64,000 nt of DNA from positions 186,001 to 250,000 of the forward strand of contig CAWKCK010000005.1 in NCBI GenBank assembly GCA_963848135.1, in the 5' to 3' direction. How positions within the stretch are numbered: the first letter of the stretch is position 1; each line of letters starts with the position of its first letter. A model generated the notes under the pieces. The model searched no databases. It saw only the letters and a list, made by a program, of their open reading frames with translations, and was not told the origin of the DNA. A program made the translations under genes and the position numbers. Below, piece after piece: positions 57,641 to 64,000 of the stretch. The stretch comes from an uncultured delta proteobacterium. Its GTDB lineage: Bacteria > Desulfobacterota > Desulfobacteria > Desulfobacterales > SG8-13.

Positions 57641-57695
57641 AAGATATCAAGGACATATGGTGGGGTCAAGAAAAATATACCACTAGATATAGTAG
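57641..57695 (-). promoter_or_regulatory. Sigma-70 promoter overlapped by tandem NrdR-box-like sites
   Basis: TTGACC-N17-TATCTT (57669-57641); boxes CCACTAGATATAGTAG (57680-57695) and weaker CAAGGACATATGGTGG (57648-57663), 32 bp apart. Confidence 0.6.
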
Positions 57696-57777
57696 GAAGT
57701 CCCGTCTACTCGAGCGTGGTTTTATCGATTGCCGATCGCGCCACACGATACATAGCGACCAGGCTGACATGCTCCAA

Positions 57778-58329
57778 TCATTTTATTTTTTCGTTGTAAA
57801 TTGAAAGCATGAATAGGGTGGCCAGAGGCTGCGTGAACAGGGCACCGACAAAAAAGGATGACCCGATCGCCAGAATCCCGAGATAAATGGCGACCGTAAC
57901 CAGGTGAAAGCCAAAACCGCTGTCGACCCCCATGCCGTATGAAGTTTTGACCGCCTCCGGCAAAAGAAGACGCCGGTCTGTCATCAATGGCAACAGGTAA
58001 AGGCAGGCAAAGGTGACGAGAAAGGCAATCACGAAGCCGGGCAACACAACGAATATGAGCCCGATGACGATGGCCAGGGTCACCAGGATCGAAAACCCGG
58101 TCAAGGGCAGGAAGAGGCTGAGCTCGGAAAATAGGTCCTTGATGCTGGGGGTCCTCCCCTCTCGCATCATCCGCAACAATGACTGGGAATACCCGGCGAG
58201 GGTCACAGGCACCAGGATACCGAAAGACAGAAACCATATACAGAACATCACAAGGGTGATCACGATCAGCGACGTGATAAACTCGAGGGTTAAATCCCAG
58301 GCGTTTTCGATATGGGTTTTAAAATCCAT
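57778..58329 (-). CDS. Hypothetical integral membrane protein
   Basis: Multiple TM helices; IENAW...DLF...VLPG pattern. Confidence 0.75.
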   Translation of the reverse strand: MDFKTHIENAWDLTLEFITSLIVITLVMFCIWFLSFGILVPVTLAGYSQSLLRMMREGRTPSIKDLFSELSLFLPLTGFSILVTLAIVIGLIFVVLPGFVIAFLVTFACLYLLPLMTDRRLLLPEAVKTSYGMGVDSGFGFHLVTVAIYLGILAIGSSFFVGALFTQPLATLFMLSIYNEKIK

Positions 58330-58576
58330 GGCTGCCGGCCTTCTATTCAGCCCCACGCGTTATTGCGTGTAGCTGCACACAGAATACCCGTCTGCCCATC
58401 GGGGCGGGGCAATACATTGGGGTAGGTTTCCCCCAAAATAAAACGAAAGAAAATATATATTGAAATATTGGATAGTTGTCAAGCAAAACCCGAGAAAAAC
58501 CTGGGCATCCTATTAAAATTTACTGTCTGCTGCAACCGGCAATATAGCGTGTAAAAAGGACGGAAACGAATTAGTA

Positions 58577-58604
58577 TTGACACCCGTACAGGAATTGTTA
58601 CTAT
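58577..58604 (+). promoter_or_regulatory. Sigma-70 promoter for lnt-prfB
   Basis: TTGACA-N16-TACTAT with extended TG. Confidence 0.6.
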
Positions 58605-58677
58605 GCGGCATCTATCGAAGATTATAACAATTTCCGTCTATGCCCCCTGAAAGGGGGTTTTTTACAGCCGTGGGAAC

Positions 58678-60330
58678 ATGAAATTCCGGCCGCCCGAAAA
58701 TTCGCCCGCCAGCTATGGGTCGAATCCCGACGCACGACCGCATTCACAAGTGACAATGCACCCGCTCAATTCCAGCCGAATCCGTATGGGTCTTGCCGCT
58801 GGTAGCGGTCTGATGCTCACGGGTGCGTTCCCTGATATCGACATCGGTTGGCTGGCGTGGGTCGCCATCGTACCCCTGCTGGTGGCGGCTCGCAACGTCC
58901 CCTGGAAATGGGGTTTCGGGCTCGGATTTCTGGCCGGTATGGTTCACTACCTCTCGTTGATATACTGGGTCGCCTACACGATGCGGACTTACGGGCACCT
59001 TCCCTGGACGGTGTGCATCTCGATCCTGGTGCTTCTGGCCGCCTTTCTTGCGCTCTATTTCGGCGCGTTTTGCGTTTTGATCTGCCTTCTGCGCCCGAAG
59101 CCGGCCCTCGCGCTCATTACGGCGCCTGTCCTGTGGGTGGCCCTGGAATATCTACGCTCGTTCTTTCTGAGTGGATTTCCATGGGAACTGCTTGGATACT
59201 CCCAGTACAGGGTATTGCATCTGATTCAGATTTCAGATACTCTGGGCCCGTTCGGTGTTTCTTTTCTCATCCTGTTCGCCAACACGGCCCTTTTCTTTCT
59301 GCTGCTTCGCATCCTGAAACTCGACTGGTACGATACCGCGATATCCGGGCGGTTTGCGATCACAGCCGTTTGCCTGGTCGTTTTTCTCACGGGTGCCGTC
59401 TGGACCTACGGCGAAAGGCGCCTGGTGGATGTCGACCAAATGAGCGCAACCGCACCCTCGATTCGGGCCGCTGTTGTTCAAGGCAATATCGAACAGGTAC
59501 TCAAATGGGATCCGGCCTTTCAGGAAGCCACGATTGACAAGTACCTGCAGTTGTCACAAAGGGTTGCTGGCGCCCAACCGGATCTCATTGTGTGGCCTGA
59601 AACCGCGCTGCCGTTCCATTTTATGTATGATGGTCCCCTGTCCGACAAAGTTCGCGAAGGCATCCGCCAGATCGGAACCTATTTTCTCGTCGGCAGTCCA
59701 TCATTCGATCGCGGCACTGAAAGGGTCGATTACTATAACAGTGCCTATTTGATCGATCCGCTGGGGAACGCACTGGGAAAATACGATAAAACGCACCTGG
59801 TCCCCTTCGGCGAATATGTTCCTTTGAAAAAATGGCTACCTTTCTTAGGAAAACTGGTGGCCCAGGTCGGCGACTTCAGCCGGGGAAATACCGGCGATAC
59901 CATTGACTGGCATAGCGGTAGACTGGGTGTGTTTATATGCTATGAAGCGATTTTTCCGTATATTACACGGGCCATGGTCGCAAACGGTGCGACCCTGCTC
60001 GTCAATATCACCAACGATGCGTGGTACGGACGAAGCAGCGCCCCGTACCAGCATTTTTCAATCGCCCTTTTCAGGGCGGTCGAAAACAGACGCGCCCTGA
60101 TTCGCTCGGCCAACACCGGGATCAGCGGATTCGTCGATCCGGCCGGCCGGATCCTTGATCCGACGACATTGTTCACCGATGCAGCCATTGTCCACAGGGT
60201 ACCGCTGATCTCCCGGCTTTCTTTTTATACGCGCTTCGGAGATCTTTTTGCTGGCGCATGCCTGGCTGTGACAGCGGCCGCAATATTCGGGTATCTGATC
60301 GCCCTTTTCAAAACCATGAGAAGTAAATAA
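58678..60330 (+). CDS. lnt: Apolipoprotein N-acyltransferase
   Basis: GFPW, QGN, WPE, YDKTHLVPFGE, ICYE, TNDAW and RAVENRR. Start may be 58756 or 58786. Confidence 0.96.
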   Translation: MKFRPPENSPASYGSNPDARPHSQVTMHPLNSSRIRMGLAAGSGLMLTGAFPDIDIGWLAWVAIVPLLVAARNVPWKWGFGLGFLAGMVHYLSLIYWVAYTMRTYGHLPWTVCISILVLLAAFLALYFGAFCVLICLLRPKPALALITAPVLWVALEYLRSFFLSGFPWELLGYSQYRVLHLIQISDTLGPFGVSFLILFANTALFFLLLRILKLDWYDTAISGRFAITAVCLVVFLTGAVWTYGERRLVDVDQMSATAPSIRAAVVQGNIEQVLKWDPAFQEATIDKYLQLSQRVAGAQPDLIVWPETALPFHFMYDGPLSDKVREGIRQIGTYFLVGSPSFDRGTERVDYYNSAYLIDPLGNALGKYDKTHLVPFGEYVPLKKWLPFLGKLVAQVGDFSRGNTGDTIDWHSGRLGVFICYEAIFPYITRAMVANGATLLVNITNDAWYGRSSAPYQHFSIALFRAVENRRALIRSANTGISGFVDPAGRILDPTTLFTDAAIVHRVPLISRLSFYTRFGDLFAGACLAVTAAAIFGYLIALFKTMRSK

Positions 60331-60361
60331 TCTTAATCATTTTTTCGGGAGGGATGTCACC

Positions 60362-61463
60362 ATGTCAGTTGAACTGAAACAAAGAATAAAAGAACTTGGC
60401 CAGAAACTCGAACAGCTGCGAGGTTATCTTTGACCTGGCGACCAAAGAAAAGCGCTTGCAGGAAATCGAGAAACTGATTGCAAAGGAGGGCTTCTGGGAC
60501 AATCCTGAAGAAACCAAAGGCATAATGAAAGAACGGACCCGGGTGTCCAACCAGATCGAACGGTTTACCAAGTTAACCGTGGAACTCGAAGAAAGTGACA
60601 TCCTGCTCGACCTGGCGGTTGAAGAGTCCGACCCCAAGGCCCTCGAAGAGACCACCCGTCAAATCGAGTCACTGGAATCGAAAATTCAACAGCTCTCTCT
60701 CGACCTGATGCTCGACGGTGACGACGATGACAGCAATGCCATCATTTCCATCAACGCCGGTGCCGGCGGCACCGAAGCTCAGGATTGGGCCGAAATGCTT
60801 TACCGGATGTACCTGCGCTGGATCGAGCGCAAGGGATACGCATTCGAAGTTATCGATTACCAACCGGGGGAAGAAGCCGGCATTAAGAGTGTGACTTTCA
60901 CGGCCAACGGAGAATATGCCTTTGGTTACCTCAAGAGCGAGATCGGCGTCCATCGACTGGTCAGGATATCGCCCTTCAATGCCAGCGGCAAGCGCCACAC
61001 GTCTTTCGCTTCCGTGTTCGTCTACCCTGAATTGGACAACGAAATCGTCATCGACATCGAGGATAAGGATTTGCGTGTCGACACCTTCAGGGCCAGCGGT
61101 GCCGGCGGCCAGCATGTCAACAAGACCAGCAGTGCCGTCCGCCTCACCCATCTTCCCACGGGTATTGCGGTCCAGTGTCAGCAGGAAAAGTCCCAACACC
61201 GCAATAGAGAAATGGCGATGAAGGTTCTACGGGCACGATTATACCAGGTCGAGAAAGACAAACAGGAAGAAAAAATGCGCGAAATTCACGATACCAAGGA
61301 CGACATCGCCTGGGGCAGTCAGATCCGCTCTTACGTACTGCATCCCTACCAGTTGGCCAAGGATCACCGGACCAAAATCGAAATCGGAAACGTGAACAGC
61401 GTTCTGGACGGCGCCATCGATCCTTTCATCGAAGGCGTACTGCTGGCAAAGCAATCCCGGTAG
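60362..61463 (+). CDS. prfB: Peptide chain release factor 2 (programmed +1 frameshift at 60428-60434)
   Basis: ATG 60362 frame MSVELKQRIKELGQKLEQLRGYL ends at CTT TGA C; the +1 frame carries SPF and GGQ motifs. Confidence 0.97.
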
Positions 61464-61584
61464 ACTGTATATGTCGACGAACAGAGGCTTTTATGCGCAA
61501 TGCGCACCGAACAGGTTTCTTCCTGACCGCACCCCGACCAAATCGAATCAATTCTATGCGGTTAGGCATACAGAGCGAGAAGCC

Positions 61585-62133
61585 ATGAACCCGTGCGATC
61601 TCATTGATAATCACTACAAAGCCAATCCTGAGGCCCGCCGCCTTCTGAAAGCGCACGGCAGATTGGTCGCGGACAAGGCTCTCCAGATCGCGGCACGGGT
61701 GCCCCACCTTGCCCCGGATGTGGTGTTTATCGAAGAGGCGGCTCTGTTGCACGACGTCGGAATTATTTTCACCAACGCCCCTGCCCTGGGCTGCCATGGT
61801 GACCACCCGTATATCTGTCACGGCATTCTGGGGCGGACGCTATTGGAAGAAGATGGCCTGATGCGGCATGCATTGGTGTGCGAACGCCATGTCGGAGTGG
61901 GCATCAGCATTGAAGACATCCGACGCCAGCACCTGCCCTTGCCGGAGCGGAACATGCAGCCGCTTTCCATCGAAGAACAAATTATCGGCTATGCCGACAA
62001 GTTCTTCTCCAAAAACGGCAACGGTACGCAAGAAGAGAAAACAGTTGCGAATATCCTTGAAAACCTCGCGCCCTTCGGAGCAGACAAGGTGCAGCGGTTC
62101 AAAAATTGGGTATCCCTGTTTGAGGGCCGCTGA
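61585..62133 (+). CDS. HD domain phosphohydrolase
   Basis: H...ALLHDVG...HG...RHVG...ADKF. Confidence 0.88.
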   Translation: MNPCDLIDNHYKANPEARRLLKAHGRLVADKALQIAARVPHLAPDVVFIEEAALLHDVGIIFTNAPALGCHGDHPYICHGILGRTLLEEDGLMRHALVCERHVGVGISIEDIRRQHLPLPERNMQPLSIEEQIIGYADKFFSKNGNGTQEEKTVANILENLAPFGADKVQRFKNWVSLFEGR

Positions 62134-62188
62134 CGCGCCGATATCACCGAATTGATCGGATAACTCAATCAAAAATAGGAGACAAAGA

Positions 62189-62809
62189 ATGAACGTTACT
62201 GCCGTGCGACAAACAATTTTTGCGACTCTGCTCGCTTTTCTGACCCTTTCCTGCGGAGGCACGTATATTACAGAATCCTCGATCGATCGGAACCGTATTG
62301 GTAAACCCGTGTCAGACATTCTGGTCATCGTGGTGGCGGACAAACCAGAAAACCGAGCAGCTTTCGAACGCAAATTTGTCGCACAGCTTAAAGCGGCAGG
62401 CGTCGAAGCGGTATCAAGTACGGAAGCCATTTCCATGCCGCCAAATTTGAAGCTTGAAAAAGACGTCATATTGGAAGCGGTCGCAAAGTATGAAAGCGAT
62501 GCCGTCATCGTCACTTTCCTGTCCGGTATAGAGGAAAAAGACACCAATGTTAACACCGGTCGCGTATACCAGGGATATTACGATTATTACGGTTACGCCT
62601 ACGGTCGTGTCTACGACACGGGTTTCTACCGAGGCGTAACTACCGTTAAATTGCGAACCAATCTCTATGATGTGAAAACCGAAAAATTGATCTGGTCAGG
62701 GGAATCGAAATCCACGGATGTCGGTTCAGTTGGGCAACTCACCGACGAGGTGATACCGCTGATTGTCGCTGAACTGCAGAAGAACAAACTGATCGCACCG
62801 AAAAAATAG
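62189..62809 (+). CDS. Hypothetical lipoprotein (DUF4136-like)
   Basis: AGGAG RBS, lipobox TLSC, Tyr-rich segment and NLYDVKTEKLIWSG. Confidence 0.75.
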   Translation: MNVTAVRQTIFATLLAFLTLSCGGTYITESSIDRNRIGKPVSDILVIVVADKPENRAAFERKFVAQLKAAGVEAVSSTEAISMPPNLKLEKDVILEAVAKYESDAVIVTFLSGIEEKDTNVNTGRVYQGYYDYYGYAYGRVYDTGFYRGVTTVKLRTNLYDVKTEKLIWSGESKSTDVGSVGQLTDEVIPLIVAELQKNKLIAPKK

Positions 62810-62826
62810 TCCTGAATTGATATAAG

Positions 62827-63420
62827 ATGAGACTCCTCGACGATTGTAAACAAGGGAAAATTCAGAGCCGCAACATCGACATTGCGTCCTACGAATGCGG
62901 CGACGAACATATTGTCGTCTGTGGCGAACTGCATGACCGACGGCTGGTTCCCACCGTCACCCTCGAAGGCAAACCGCGACCCGCCGCTTCGGTGCACCAT
63001 ATGCGCATCTGCATGAAAGTGTCGATCCAATCGCTTACTATCGAGGATATCGAAGCCGAACTGCCTGAAATCCCCCACAAAGAATGTGCAGAGATGTATC
63101 GCACCTTGGAAGGGATCAAGGGCTTGACCCTTTCCCCGGGATTTACACGCAAGGTTAAGACGCAGTTGGGCGGGCGCAAAGGGTGTATCCACCTAACGAC
63201 TCTGCTGCTGGCAATGGCGCCGGCAGCACTGCAGGGCTTCTGGGTACACAACGATCGCAAACCGGAGCGCCGCCGCGTGTCAAAGGAGCTCATAGAACGG
63301 TATCTGATCGATACCTGCAGAGTCTGGCGCCAAGATGGGCCGCTGGTCAAAAAGATCGCGGCAGCTGCCGGCATCAGTCTCGATGACCACGATGGGGGCC
63401 ACCGGAAAAACAACGAATAA
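62827..63420 (+). CDS. DUF2889 family protein
   Basis: SRNI, GELHD, VHHM, P...C, LGG..GCIHL and IDTC..W. Confidence 0.8.
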   Translation: MRLLDDCKQGKIQSRNIDIASYECGDEHIVVCGELHDRRLVPTVTLEGKPRPAASVHHMRICMKVSIQSLTIEDIEAELPEIPHKECAEMYRTLEGIKGLTLSPGFTRKVKTQLGGRKGCIHLTTLLLAMAPAALQGFWVHNDRKPERRRVSKELIERYLIDTCRVWRQDGPLVKKIAAAAGISLDDHDGGHRKNNE

Positions 63421-63474
63421 CCCTCTCCTGCCGGTGACCATTTCCCTCACTGGTCCAATCTCCGCCGATTCTTT

Positions 63475-64000
63475 TCAACACTGCCGGATATTGTCGTGAT
63501 ACTCTTGCAGTGGCCGCACCTTGGGAGCGCCCTCCCGTCGGGCGTCAATACCTTTGGCCGCCGCGATGGCTGCAGCCGTCGTTGTGATGTAGGGGATCTT
63601 GTATTTGATGGCGGCCTTGCGGACTTCCGAACTGTCGTGGGTGCTCCGGCGTCCGCTCGGCGTGTTGACCAGCAGCTGAACTTCGTCGTTCTTGATGGCA
63701 TCGACCAGATCCGGCCGCCCCTGACCCAGTTTTTGAACCTGCTCGGCCTCGATCCCTTTTTGCTTGAGAAACTCGTGGGTTCCCTTGGTGGCCTTAATGC
63801 GGAATCCCATGTCCCTGAAAAGCCTCACGGGCTCGAGGGCGGCCGTCTTGTCGCGATCGGCAATGGTGAAAAGAACCGTGCCTTCCAGGGGCAGGGTGAT
63901 CTGAGTAGCTTCCTGGGCCTTGAAAAAGGCCCGTCCATACGAGTGCGAAATCCCCAGTACCTCGCCGGTGGAGCGCATTTCAGGCCCCAGGACGGGATCG
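63475..64000 (-). CDS. carB: Carbamoyl-phosphate synthase large subunit, C-terminal part (MGS domain; truncated by window edge)
   Basis: LGPEMRSTGEV, ATKGT, VNTP, IPYITT and LQEYH. Confidence 0.95.
   Translation of the reverse strand, partial: DPVLGPEMRSTGEVLGISHSYGRAFFKAQEATQITLPLEGTVLFTIADRDKTAALEPVRLFRDMGFRIKATKGTHEFLKQKGIEAEQVQKLGQGRPDLVDAIKNDEVQLLVNTPSGRRSTHDSSEVRKAAIKYKIPYITTTAAAIAAAKGIDARREGAPKVRPLQEYHDNIRQC

Overview
A gene-dense chromosomal window of roughly mid-50s %GC (by eye) from an anaerobic diderm. Gene content suggests a Desulfobacterales-like deltaproteobacterium; this is inference. It encodes a cereblon-like protein, an FNOR-cooF-cooS CO dehydrogenase cluster, a purine/nucleoside ABC-gpt salvage cluster, and a Cache/PAS kinase plus NtrC pair facing a sigma-54-driven OFA-family MFS transporter. 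It also encodes hslO, mrcB with an LpoP-like TPR lipoprotein, a DEDDh-GIY-YIG fusion, redox and stress genes, ExeA/ExeB, a YdbH-YnbE/YdbL envelope system, surE, lnt, prfB with its +1 frameshift, and the 3' end of carB. I saw no rRNA, tRNA, CRISPR array or transposase. The most striking signal is non-coding: two separate intergenic loci (about 29.1-29.6 kb and 35.2-35.5 kb) share a near-identical minus-strand sigma-54-type promoter (TGGCATnnAACTTGTAT). Both have paired TGAC-N7/8-GTCA enhancer sites 22 bp apart and about 75-79 bp upstream, and an IHF-like site. Each would transcribe a structured non-coding RNA with an exposed anti-Shine-Dalgarno CUCCUCCUU motif, which suggests a co-regulated sRNA family. 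Two families of short dispersed repeats (MITE/REP-like) and a tandem NrdR-like box over the promoter of a non-RNR operon are also present.
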